NCBI GenBank assembly: GCA_046726275.1
Contig: JBKPAF010000014.1
Coordinates: 442 to 64,441, forward strand
Source of the DNA: Actinomycetota bacterium
GTDB taxonomy: Bacteria > Actinomycetota > UBA4738
Length of the DNA stretch: 64,000 nucleotides
Direction of reading: 5' to 3'
Under the pieces are notes generated by a model. The model worked only from the letters and a program-made list of their open reading frames with translations, ran no database searches and was not told where the DNA came from. Both the position numbers and the translations under genes were made by a program. Shown one piece after another: positions 18,950 through 28,199 of the stretch (positions are counted from its first letter, which is position 1; each line of letters starts with the position of its first letter).

Positions 18950-20254
18950 CTATTCGGACTCGGGCTCGACCCTCAGGATGAGGCCCTCCACTCCCTTGAT
19001 CCTGACCCTGGCGCCCTTGGGAATGGGGCCGTCCATCGAGCGAGCCCGCCACAGCGAGCCCTTCACGTAGACCCCGCCCTCGGGATCGAGGTCGGATCGG
19101 ACCTCTCCGACCAGCCCGATGAGGCCGACCTGGGCGGTTCGCACCCGTTCCCTCGCCCGTAAGGCGACGGTCATGCCGAACCCGAAGAACACCGCCCCGG
19201 CCACCGTGAACAGGAGGACCAGCCAGAGGGACAGGTCGATCGCGGGAGCCACGCCCCACCAGGCGAGGAGCGATCCGGCCAGAAACGCGAGGGTGCCGAT
19301 CACCGTCCACGCGGCCACCCGCCGGATCGCAACGTCGAAACCCTGGAGGGCCGTGCCGGCCACGATCAGCGCCACCCCCGCCCACCGCACCGGGACGACG
19401 GTCAGCCCGAACCCGGCAAGGACCAGCGACAGGGCGCCGGCGATCCCGGCAACGCCGAACCCCGGCTGGGTGAACTCGAAGGCGATGGCCCACAGGCCGA
19501 GGACGAGGAGAACGTACACGGCGGTCGGGGTGCTGACGGCGTGGAGGAGTCGGCGCACCGGGCCGATCTCGTGGAAGCGAACGGCCACCGGCCGGGTCGG
19601 GGTGCTCTTGGTAGCAAGCACTGCCGGCCCGGAGGAGGTCTCGACCCTCACGCCGTCGAGCTTGTCGAGGAGGTCCCGCAGGCCGGTGGCGAGGAGGTCG
19701 ACCACTCCTGCGTCCAGAGCGGGCCCCGCGGGGAAAGGGGGGCCCGAGATAAGCCGCTCCACGCCCGACTGTTGGGCTCCGAGCTCCCGGGCGAGCACCT
19801 CGATCTGGGCCTGCCGCCGGCCCGCCCCCTCGGGCTCCTCCCGCGAAGCCGAGGTTCCCAAATCGAAGGGACGGGCCGGACCGATCCCGGCCCCCGGCGC
19901 CATCGCCACCAGCGAGGACGAGAACGGGATGAATAGCGCACCGCCCGCGGCCCGGGCTCCCGAGGGGCCCACCCAGGCGATGACGGGGATGGTGGCGTTC
20001 CCGATGTCCGCGCCCAAACGCATCGCCTCGTCCCCGTAGGACCCGAAGGAGGAGTCGATCTGGACGATCAGCGTGGCCCCCGACTCCTCCGCCGAGTTCA
20101 GCGTGTCCCTTAGATAGCCGGCGACCGAGCCGTCGACCACCCCCTGCAACTTGACCACGTCGACGATCGGACCGGGAGACTGAGCCCCGGCCCGAGGCAG
20201 GACCGCCAGGCTGAGGAGGAACGCGACCACGGCGACGAGCCGGACCAGGCGCAC
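18950..20254 (-). CDS. long-form NfeD membrane protein (ClpP-like N-domain, TM region, OB fold)
   Basis: Signal peptide, PVIAWVGPSGARA, MAPGAGIGPA, LWAIAFEFTQPG, GEVRSDLDPEGGVYVKGSLWRA. Confidence 0.88.
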   Translation of the reverse strand: MRLVRLVAVVAFLLSLAVLPRAGAQSPGPIVDVVKLQGVVDGSVAGYLRDTLNSAEESGATLIVQIDSSFGSYGDEAMRLGADIGNATIPVIAWVGPSGARAAGGALFIPFSSSLVAMAPGAGIGPARPFDLGTSASREEPEGAGRRQAQIEVLARELGAQQSGVERLISGPPFPAGPALDAGVVDLLATGLRDLLDKLDGVRVETSSGPAVLATKSTPTRPVAVRFHEIGPVRRLLHAVSTPTAVYVLLVLGLWAIAFEFTQPGFGVAGIAGALSLVLAGFGLTVVPVRWAGVALIVAGTALQGFDVAIRRVAAWTVIGTLAFLAGSLLAWWGVAPAIDLSLWLVLLFTVAGAVFFGFGMTVALRARERVRTAQVGLIGLVGEVRSDLDPEGGVYVKGSLWRARSMDGPIPKGARVRIKGVEGLILRVEPESE

Positions 20255-20312
20255 GAGCCCGATTCTACGGGTGAGCCATTGCCATCAGAGGGGCGCCCGT
20301 ATAGTCGGCGAG

Positions 20313-22472
20313 ATGCGCTGGGAAGACCTGTTCCACCGCCAGATCGTCATCGTCTCGGGGAAGGGCGGGACGGGGAAGTCCACAGTCGCCGCCGCGCTTG
20401 CGTCGGTCTCGGCGGCAGCCGGCATCCGGACCCTCCTGGTGGAGGTTGAGGGCCGAGGGGAGATCGCCCGAACGCTTCAGATGGACGATCCCGGATTCTC
20501 TGAGGTCCCCACGGCGCTCGGGTTCAGCGCGCTCTCCATCACACCGCGGGAAGCGATGCTCGAATATCTCCACCTCTTCTTCGGCCTGGATCGAGCCACC
20601 CGGCCGCTCCTCCGCTCCGGCGCGCTGGACCAGTTCATCGGCGCGGCGCCCGGCTTCAGGGACCTCCTGTGCTGCGGAAAGCTCTATGAGCTGGCCCATT
20701 TCCGGAGGGTCGACTCTCGCGACAGTGGCCGACCCCTGTACGACCTCATCGTGGTCGACGCCCCGCCCACCGGCCAGATCGTTCCCTTCCTGCTCTCAGC
20801 GTCCGCATTCGCGGACGTGGCTCGGGTCGGACGGATCAAACGGCAGGCCGCCGCGGTCGAGAGCCTGCTTCGCCGGAAGGCAGGTGTCCTCCTGGTGGCG
20901 CTTCCCGAGGAGATGGCCGTGGCCGAGACGTCCGAGGCGATCCCGGCGATCCGGCAATCGGGCGTTCCCGTGTTGGCCGTTGTCGTGAACCGTTGCCTCC
21001 CAGAAATCTTCCCCCGAGGAACCAGAGCGGCGAGCGGCAGGCTCACTCCTGAGGATGTCTCACGACTCAGTGCGGAAGCCGGACTTTCCCTCCCGGTCGA
21101 CGATGCCGGCGTCCTGCTCACCGCGGCCCTGGCCAGGGAGGCCCGCCACGGGCGGCAACGGCGTTACCGCAAAGAGCTCGAACGAACCGGACCCGTCCTC
21201 CAGCTCCCCGATCTGCCCGGAGGCTCCTCCAGAGAGACCGTTGGGAGGCTCGCCCGGGTCATGAGGAGGGAGGTCGCGTACGGGGATGAGATTGGCCCGA
21301 CTGTCGGCCCCGAGCCCGGCGGCCCCGAACCGAGTGCCAGGCGACAGCTGAGGTTCTCCCAACCGGACCTCGAAGACCGACTTCACCCACGCAGGATCGT
21401 GGTGGTATGCGGCTCGGGTGGGGTGGGAAAGACCACCATCTCGGCCGCCCTGGCCGTTCACCTGGCCGAGAGCCGGAACATGACGGCGCTCCTCACCGTG
21501 GACCCCGCGAGGCGGTTGGCCACGTCTCTCCAGCTCGCCACGGTGGCCGGCGAGCGCACATCGGTCGGGCTCGGGCGCGGACGGACGATGGAAGCCATTC
21601 AGCTGGACACCCAGCGGACCTTCGACGAGCTGATCCACCGGTACGCGGGAAACGAGGAGCGCCGCGACCGCATCCTGTCCAACCGCTTCTACCAGCGCAT
21701 CTCGAGCACGCTCGCGGGCACCCACGAGTACATGGCCATGGAGAAGCTCTACCAGCTGGCGCTCGACGAGGACCATGACGCCATCGTCGTCGACACCCCT
21801 CCCACGAGGAGCGCCCTGTCGTTCCTCGATGCCCCGAAACGGCTGGGGGACTTCCTGGGGGGCCGGGTCATGCGGTGGATGCTGTGGCCCTCGGCCCGAG
21901 CCGGCCGGCTCACGGTGGGGATCGCCAGGTTCGGAGCCCAGGCCTTCGCACGGACGGCCGGCCGCCTCGTAGGAGCCGAGGTCCTGGCGGACACGGCGGA
22001 CTTCCTGGCGGCGTTCGAGGGGATGTACGGCGGCTTCCAGAAGCGGGCCGCCGACGTCCTCGACCTGCTCAGGTCCCCGGTCACGACGTTCCTGGTGGTG
22101 ACCGCTCCCACGCAGGTCAGCCTGGAAGAGGCGGGATTCTTCGTCGAGCGCCTGGGCGAAGGAGGGATGCGCGCTGAGGCGGTCGTGGTGAATCGCTGGC
22201 ATCCCGATTCCACAGGCGTGCCCCCCGGCGCCGCCGGAGCAGCGGCCATGCTGGAGGCCGGCGACGTCGCGGGCAGAGCCACGGCAGCCATCCTGGTGGA
22301 CCGGATCCGCCGGGAGCCCGAGCGTCGCTCGGAGGACCGAGCCATGCGTTCGTTCGTGCGCAACCACCCAGGCGTGCCGATCCTGCCCATCCCGGAGCTC
22401 GCCGGCGACGTCCACGACGTCACCGGCCTCCGCCGGGTGGGCGCTCATCTATTCGACTCCGTGGAGGCCTGA
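20313..22472 (+). CDS. fused double-domain ArsA/Get3-like ATPase
   Basis: Two deviant Walker A motifs (GKGGTGKST, GSGGVGKTT), each with a switch II (DAPPTG, DTPPT), in one uninterrupted ORF. TATAGT 7 nt before ATG 20313. Confidence 0.88.
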   Translation: MRWEDLFHRQIVIVSGKGGTGKSTVAAALASVSAAAGIRTLLVEVEGRGEIARTLQMDDPGFSEVPTALGFSALSITPREAMLEYLHLFFGLDRATRPLLRSGALDQFIGAAPGFRDLLCCGKLYELAHFRRVDSRDSGRPLYDLIVVDAPPTGQIVPFLLSASAFADVARVGRIKRQAAAVESLLRRKAGVLLVALPEEMAVAETSEAIPAIRQSGVPVLAVVVNRCLPEIFPRGTRAASGRLTPEDVSRLSAEAGLSLPVDDAGVLLTAALAREARHGRQRRYRKELERTGPVLQLPDLPGGSSRETVGRLARVMRREVAYGDEIGPTVGPEPGGPEPSARRQLRFSQPDLEDRLHPRRIVVVCGSGGVGKTTISAALAVHLAESRNMTALLTVDPARRLATSLQLATVAGERTSVGLGRGRTMEAIQLDTQRTFDELIHRYAGNEERRDRILSNRFYQRISSTLAGTHEYMAMEKLYQLALDEDHDAIVVDTPPTRSALSFLDAPKRLGDFLGGRVMRWMLWPSARAGRLTVGIARFGAQAFARTAGRLVGAEVLADTADFLAAFEGMYGGFQKRAADVLDLLRSPVTTFLVVTAPTQVSLEEAGFFVERLGEGGMRAEAVVVNRWHPDSTGVPPGAAGAAAMLEAGDVAGRATAAILVDRIRREPERRSEDRAMRSFVRNHPGVPILPIPELAGDVHDVTGLRRVGAHLFDSVEA

Positions 22473-22496
22473 CGGCCGCCAGGGGAAGGGACTCGA

Positions 22497-22760
22497 CTAA
22501 ACGGTCACGCTGACTGGTTGTAGTTCGGGCTGTGCGTCTGTCGACCGCCGAGAGCGCCTGAGCAACGAGGTGCGCTCCTTGACGTTCATCCCACCCCACA
22601 CGCCGAACTCGGCCCGAACGGTCAAGGCACAAGCAAGGCAATCGAGCCGAACGGGGCATTGGGCGCAGATCGACTTGGCCCTCCGTTCGGCGCGGGTTGT
22701 CGGGTCGAAGAAGATCTCGGGGTCATACTGACCACAGCGGGCGCGTTCTTCCCACGACAT
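22497..22760 (-). CDS. whiB4: WhiB4/WblA-like Fe-S transcription factor
   Basis: C...AKSICAQCPVRLDC...EFGVWGG, located between the ArsA-like ATPase and ponA as in Actinomycetia. Confidence 0.85.
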   Translation of the reverse strand: MSWEERARCGQYDPEIFFDPTTRAERRAKSICAQCPVRLDCLACALTVRAEFGVWGGMNVKERTSLLRRSRRSTDAQPELQPVSVTV

Positions 22761-22894
22761 GTGCGCGCCATCCTAGGCAGGGCGGCTTCCCGAGCGAATA
22801 GTCCGTGAGGGCTATTTTGCCCGTGACTTTCGGGGGGCTGACCGTTGGCCCGTGCGGCTCGGTAAGCTAGGCGCGATGTGAAGCAGGGGTTCGG

Positions 22895-25357
22895 TTGATA
22901 CGACATCAGAGCCATCGGTGGCCCACGCCTTCCAAAGGCCTCGGGCCGGGGGACCTCACCTTCCGGGTGGTCCTGATCCCGTTCGTCGTGCTCGCCGCGG
23001 CGCTCCTGGTGGCGGCGGGATTGTTCCCCATGGTGGGAAGCGCGGGAAGAGCGGTCAAGCTCTTCGACGGGCAGTTCCTTCCGAACGAGGGTGACCCGCT
23101 CAAGATCGAAGGGTTCCCGCTCCGCTCGACCATCTACGCCTCTGACGGGTCCGTCCTTGCCGTAGTCGCCGACTACAACCGTGTGAACGTCACGATGGAG
23201 GACGTCCCCAAGGTGACCCGGGACGCCATCGTGGCCATCGAGGACCACGCCTTCTACGACCACGGACCGGTCGATTTCTCCTCGATCATGCGGGCGTTCA
23301 TCGCGAACCTGCACGCCGGTCAGATCGTCCAGGGCGGATCGACGATCACGCAGCAGCTCGTCAAGAACACCGAGACCGGCAACGAGCGGACCTTCGAGCG
23401 GAAGTGGCGCGAGGCTCAGGACGCGATCCGCCTCGAACGGACCTACACAAAGGAGCAGATCCTCGAGCTGTACATGAACCAGGTGTATCTGGGTCATGGC
23501 GCATATGGAGTGGGCAGCGCCGCGGAGTACTACTTCGGCAAACCTGTGCAGAAGTTGAACCTCGCGGAGTCGGCGGTCCTTGCCGGACTGATCAAGGCCC
23601 CCTCGGATGACGATCCAGTCGCGAACCGGGAGCGATCGATCGCCAGGCGAAACACCGTCCTTCGTCGGATGCTGGAGCTGGGATGGATCTCGGAGGGAGA
23701 GTACACGGACGCGGTGGCAGAGCCCATCAGGCTCTCATCGAAGAGACGGAACGTGAACAAGTTCGGGCGCAAGGCGTATGACGCCTTGTTCGTGCAGGAT
23801 CAGATCCTTCATCCCGTCAAGACCTCCCCGAACGACCCGCAGTACAAGGCCATCATCAAGACGTTCGGCAAGACGTACGAGGAGCGACGACGGCTGCTCT
23901 TCCAGGGCGGGTTGAAGATCTACACCACGATCAACCCCAAGATGCAGGGCTACGCGCGGGCGGCCGTGGAGGGATTCCTGCCCAACCCAGGCAACCGTCC
24001 TCCCACGAACCCCAACGCTGCGCTCGCCTCGGTCGTGCCTCGGACCGGTGCGATCGTCGCTATGTACGGCGGGCAGAACTTCTCGAAGCACAAGCTCAAT
24101 CTGGCCACGCAGATCAAGCGGTCGGCCGGGAGCGCGTTCAAGGCCTTCACGTTGGCTGCTGCGATCGAGCAGGGCGTGCCTGTCGGCAAGGTGTACAACA
24201 CGAGCCACGTCAAGATCCCCTTCGAGAAGTGTCCGGACCCTTCGGGTGCCTGGGAGCCGCAGAACGCCGAGCCAGGTGAGGGCGGGTTTATGAACATGGC
24301 CCGGGCCACCGCGGCGTCGGTCAACATCTATTTCGCCCAGCTCATCGCCGACGTCGGGGCCCAGCCGGTGCAGGAGATGGCCAAGAGGATGGGGGTGATC
24401 CAGTACGCTCGGGGGGGCGACGTCACGGTCTCCCCGGTGTGCTCGATCACCTTGGGCGCGGTCCAGGTGAACCCGCTTTCGATGACATCCGGGTACTCGA
24501 CCCTCGCCAACGGCGGCATCCACTGCAAGCCCTTCGCGATCAAGAGGGTCGTTGGGGCAAGCGGAAAGACCATCTACAAGTCCAAGCCGTTCTGCCAGAG
24601 GGTCATGGAAGCCAAGGTCGCCGCGCAGGTCACCTCGTTGCTCCAGGGAGTGGTGTCGGGCGGGACCGGGGGGGCGGCGAACATCGGCCGGCCTCAGGCG
24701 GGCAAGACCGGCACCGCCCAGGACTACAAGGATGCCTGGTTCATGGGATACGTCCCCCAGCTCGTCACCGGTGTCTGGGTCGGCTACGCGTATCCGAAGA
24801 GGGAGATCCCCATGATCGGCCTGGCCAAGCTGGCCGGGGGCCGGGCTTTCGGAGGAACCCTGGCCGCTCCCATCTGGCACGACTTCATGATCAAGGCCGT
24901 GGCCGGTTTGCCAGTCAAGGGATTCCCGGCGCCGCCTCCCCCCAAGGCCGGCAATGTTCCGGACGTGGTAGGGATGAGGCAGGCCGATGCCATCAAGACC
25001 CTGACCAAAGCGAGTTTCACGCCCGTCGTGAAGACCGGTCCGTCCGTGGAGCCGAAGGGAGTCGTCTTCGACCAGAGCCCGGGAGGGGGCGCCAGCGTTC
25101 CGCTCGGCAGCACCGTGACCATCATGGTGAGCAACGGCGAGGCCCCGAAGAACCCCGTCCCGAACGTCATCGGAAAGACGGAGCAGGCCGCGAAGAACGC
25201 CCTCAAGGCGGCCGGGTTCAAGGTGACCGTTCAGTTCCAGGAGGTAAACGATCCGAAGCTCGACGGGGTCGTGGTGAATCAGAGTCCGAAGGGCGGCAAG
25301 AAGGCGCCCGCCGGGTCCACCGTCGTCATCGTGGTGGGGAAGCTCCAGCCGGGCTAG
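22895..25357 (+). CDS. ponA: class A penicillin-binding protein (transglycosylase-transpeptidase) with two PASTA domains, PonA2-like
   Basis: AIEDHAFYDH, QGGSTITQQLVKN, SAFK (SxxK), SVN, KTG, two VP(D/N)V.G PASTA repeats. Confidence 0.93.
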   Translation: MIRHQSHRWPTPSKGLGPGDLTFRVVLIPFVVLAAALLVAAGLFPMVGSAGRAVKLFDGQFLPNEGDPLKIEGFPLRSTIYASDGSVLAVVADYNRVNVTMEDVPKVTRDAIVAIEDHAFYDHGPVDFSSIMRAFIANLHAGQIVQGGSTITQQLVKNTETGNERTFERKWREAQDAIRLERTYTKEQILELYMNQVYLGHGAYGVGSAAEYYFGKPVQKLNLAESAVLAGLIKAPSDDDPVANRERSIARRNTVLRRMLELGWISEGEYTDAVAEPIRLSSKRRNVNKFGRKAYDALFVQDQILHPVKTSPNDPQYKAIIKTFGKTYEERRRLLFQGGLKIYTTINPKMQGYARAAVEGFLPNPGNRPPTNPNAALASVVPRTGAIVAMYGGQNFSKHKLNLATQIKRSAGSAFKAFTLAAAIEQGVPVGKVYNTSHVKIPFEKCPDPSGAWEPQNAEPGEGGFMNMARATAASVNIYFAQLIADVGAQPVQEMAKRMGVIQYARGGDVTVSPVCSITLGAVQVNPLSMTSGYSTLANGGIHCKPFAIKRVVGASGKTIYKSKPFCQRVMEAKVAAQVTSLLQGVVSGGTGGAANIGRPQAGKTGTAQDYKDAWFMGYVPQLVTGVWVGYAYPKREIPMIGLAKLAGGRAFGGTLAAPIWHDFMIKAVAGLPVKGFPAPPPPKAGNVPDVVGMRQADAIKTLTKASFTPVVKTGPSVEPKGVVFDQSPGGGASVPLGSTVTIMVSNGEAPKNPVPNVIGKTEQAAKNALKAAGFKVTVQFQEVNDPKLDGVVVNQSPKGGKKAPAGSTVVIVVGKLQPG

Positions 25358-25376
25358 TCTCCCTAGCTTTCTGAAT

Positions 25377-25452
25377 CTCCTCCTCGGCGCTCCGTCTTCG
25401 ACGGATCGCCGACGAGCCAGGGGTTCGCACTGTCCGCTCGCTTCGCTCGCGC
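25377..25452. terminator. GC-rich hairpin between the convergent ponA and yqeY genes
   Basis: tcggcg-c-tccgtc-ttc-gacgga-t-cgccga inverted repeat, followed by cgctcgcttcgctcgc. Confidence 0.45.
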
Positions 25453-25455
25453 GTG

Positions 25456-25968
25456 CTACCCCCCTGGACCCCCTGACAGCCGTTCCCGGACTCTGGTCTG
25501 GACCTCTTTTCCGTCGGCCCTGCCCTTGGTCCTCTCCATCACGAAGCCCATGACCTTCCCGAAGTCCCCGATCCCCGTGGCGCCGGTGGTGGAGATCGCT
25601 TCCTCCACCAGCTCTGCGAGCTCCTTTGGGCTCATGGATGGTGGCAGGTACGTCTCCAGGACGCGCTGTTCCTCCGTCTCCTTGGCCACCAGGTCCTCCC
25701 GTCCGGCCCCGCTGTATGCCTCGATGGCCTCCTTCCGCCGCTTGACCTCCCGGGTCGCCACCTGGATGAACTCGGCGTCGTCGAGCGGGTGGCGCAGCTC
25801 CACCTCGCGGTTCTTGACGGAGGCGGACAGCAGGCGCAGGGCTCCGAGCTTGACCTTCTCACCGGCCTTGAGGGCGTCGCGGATCTCCGACGCAAGCCGG
25901 TCCTTCAGCGTGCTGGCTGAGGATGAGGAAGGTGATGGCGCCGGGGCTCCGGGTGAGTCCTTCGCCAC
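25456..25968 (-). CDS. GatB/YqeY domain protein
   Basis: LKDRL...ALKAG.K..L..LR.L....KN.E, REVKRRKEAIEAY..AGREDL..KE..E..VL..YLP. Confidence 0.9.
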   Translation of the reverse strand: MAKDSPGAPAPSPSSSSASTLKDRLASEIRDALKAGEKVKLGALRLLSASVKNREVELRHPLDDAEFIQVATREVKRRKEAIEAYSGAGREDLVAKETEEQRVLETYLPPSMSPKELAELVEEAISTTGATGIGDFGKVMGFVMERTKGRADGKEVQTRVRERLSGGPGG

Positions 25969-25983
25969 TAGAATCGCGTCTCC

Positions 25984-26961
25984 ATGCCCTGGATCTCCCC
26001 CCTGATCGCCAATCTATCCGACTTCGTCGCGTGGTCGCTCATCGTCCTCGCCGCCGGCGGTGCCATCTGCGTGGCGTATGGCATCTTCATCGAACGGCAC
26101 TGGTACCGCGTGGCCACCTACCGGCTTCCCATCCTGCCAGCGGGGAGTGGGTCCGGACTCACGGTGGTGCACGTGTCGGACCTGCATTTCGTTTCCTCGG
26201 ATCGCAGGAAGGCCCGCCTCCTCGCCTCGCTTCCCGCACGGGACATCACGGTGGCGACCGGCGACCTGCTGGGAGAGCCGCAGGCCGTCGAGGCCACGGC
26301 CGTCGCCCTGGCGTCCGTCCGGGGCTCGGCCGCCTCGCACTTCGTCCTCGGCTCCAACGACTACTTCGCTCCTCGCCCGCTCAGCTATCTGGCCTATTTC
26401 GGCAAGCGCCGGGGGCGTCGGCGGCGGAGCTCTCCCGGCGGCGCTGGCGAGCTCATCCCTCGACTTGAAGACGACGGCTGGGTACATCTCGGGAACCGAC
26501 GGACCGCCCTCGAGGTGAATGGCACGCGGCTGGAGGTGGTCGGCCTGGACGATCCTCATCTCGGGCGGCACGACCTTCGAGTCGCCGCTCGATCGGACCC
26601 GTCCGCCTTCGGCCTGGCCGTCGTGCACTCACCCGACCCGGTTCCCGAGCTGGCAGCGCTCGGATACGACCTCGTCCTCTGTGGCCATACGCACGGGGGA
26701 CAGGTCCGGATGCCGCTGGTCGGAGCCCTGGTGACGAACAGCATGATCCCCACGCGGCTGTGCATGGGTTTGTCTCGCTTCGGCCGAACGATCCTGCACG
26801 TCTCTCCAGGCCTGGGGACCAGCAAGTTCGCCCCGTTCCGTTTCCTGTGCCGGCCGGAGGCGACGATCCTGGAACTCACGCCGAGCAAGGATATGAAGGT
26901 GGGCGAGGATCAGTCCGGGGAGGCCTCCGCCGAGAGCACGCGCTCGAACACCGCCTCATAG
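25984..26961 (+). CDS. YkuE-like metallophosphoesterase with N-terminal membrane anchor
   Basis: SDLH, TGD, GSND, HSPD, GHTHGGQ, SPGLGTS. Confidence 0.9.
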   Translation: MPWISPLIANLSDFVAWSLIVLAAGGAICVAYGIFIERHWYRVATYRLPILPAGSGSGLTVVHVSDLHFVSSDRRKARLLASLPARDITVATGDLLGEPQAVEATAVALASVRGSAASHFVLGSNDYFAPRPLSYLAYFGKRRGRRRRSSPGGAGELIPRLEDDGWVHLGNRRTALEVNGTRLEVVGLDDPHLGRHDLRVAARSDPSAFGLAVVHSPDPVPELAALGYDLVLCGHTHGGQVRMPLVGALVTNSMIPTRLCMGLSRFGRTILHVSPGLGTSKFAPFRFLCRPEATILELTPSKDMKVGEDQSGEASAESTRSNTAS

Positions 26962-27953
26962 CTCGAGACCATCACGTCGGAGCTGAAGAACTCCTCGACC
27001 CGGGCTCTGCACGCCGCAGGGTCGATCTCATCAATTCGGCGGAGCGCGGCCGCCGCCTCCTGGGGGTAGTTCTCCACCGAGACGATGAACCCCGACTCCC
27101 CGTCGACGACGACCTCGGGAACCGATCCTCGCGGTGTCGCGATGACGGGGGTCCCGCAGGCCATCGCCTCGGTCATGACCAGCCCAAAGGGCTCATCCCA
27201 GTCGATGGGGAACAGGACGGCCTTGGCCCTGGACAGAAGGTCGACCTTCTCGTCGTGGCTGACCTCACCGAGAGCGACCGTCTGGTCCGAGAGCTCCGGA
27301 CGCACCACACGGTTCCAGTGCTCCCTCTCGGATGGATTTGCGACCTTGACCGCGAGGTAAAGCCGGAGGCCTGCTTCGCGCGCCGCCCTCACCGCGAGGT
27401 GGGGACCCTTCTCGAGCCCTCCCCGGCCCAGGAACAGGACGAAGTCGTCCTTCTCCTCTCTCAGCGGGTAGGCCTCCACGTCGATGCCGTTGTACACCAC
27501 CCCCGCATATCGCAGTTCCGGCATGAGAGATCGCTGGGATTCACTGATGGCGACGAACCACACTCGGTCGTTGAGCAGGCCGTAGAGGCGCCGCATCTCG
27601 TCGGTGAACGCGCCGTGCAACGTGTGGACGGTGGGCTGCTCGAGCATGGCTGTGGCCGTCAGAGACGACCACGGCGCGTGCACGTGGAACAGCTCGAAGC
27701 TGGACGGATCTCGTAGGGCGAACGCCGTGTGCATCACGTCGTGCCAGATGTCGTGGATCAGATTGGGCCCGGGGGCGGTATCGAAGACGTATTCGAGGTT
27801 GGCCTTGGTGATCGAATCCCCCGTCGCGAACAGCGTCACGTCGTGGCCTCGTTCCGCAAGGCCGTCCGCAAGATGAGAGACCACCCACTCGATCCCCCCG
27901 TACCCCTGCGGCGGCACGGACAGCCAGGGGGGCGCGATCTCCGCGATCCTCAT
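26910..27953 (-). CDS. GT4 family glycosyltransferase
   Basis: VPPQGYGGIE, GHDVTLFA, EKG, EPFGLVMTEAMACGTPVIA. Confidence 0.92.
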   Translation of the reverse strand: MRIAEIAPPWLSVPPQGYGGIEWVVSHLADGLAERGHDVTLFATGDSITKANLEYVFDTAPGPNLIHDIWHDVMHTAFALRDPSSFELFHVHAPWSSLTATAMLEQPTVHTLHGAFTDEMRRLYGLLNDRVWFVAISESQRSLMPELRYAGVVYNGIDVEAYPLREEKDDFVLFLGRGGLEKGPHLAVRAAREAGLRLYLAVKVANPSEREHWNRVVRPELSDQTVALGEVSHDEKVDLLSRAKAVLFPIDWDEPFGLVMTEAMACGTPVIATPRGSVPEVVVDGESGFIVSVENYPQEAAAALRRIDEIDPAACRARVEEFFSSDVMVSSYEAVFERVLSAEASPD

Positions 27954-28025
27954 TCGCCTCGAAGGCTAACAGGTACACTTATTGGCTGGCCGGATGGGTC
28001 GACGTCCCGTCGACGTGCCGGCTCG

Positions 28026-28102
28026 CGGGACGTAGCGCAGTTTGGTAGCGCGCAGCGTTCGGGACGCTGAGGTCGCGGGTTCAAATCCCGCCGTCCCGAC
28101 CA
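28026..28102 (+). tRNA. tRNA-Pro (anticodon CGG), CCA encoded
   Basis: Acceptor stem CGGGACG/CGTCCCG, anticodon arm CAGCG-TTCGGGA-CGCTG, T-arm GGTTCAAATCC. Confidence 0.97.
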
Positions 28103-28199
28103 GCCTCTCTGGCATGGTCAGACGTGCCGGTCAGCTGGGATACTGGATGGTTGTCCCCCTTTCGAGGATTGGACCCCGCACGAGCTGGAACGAGGACGG

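Noticed and set aside
20313-22472. Arsenic resistance operon
   Set aside because: No arsB, arsC, arsD or arsR nearby; synteny indicates the whiB4-linked Get3-like family.
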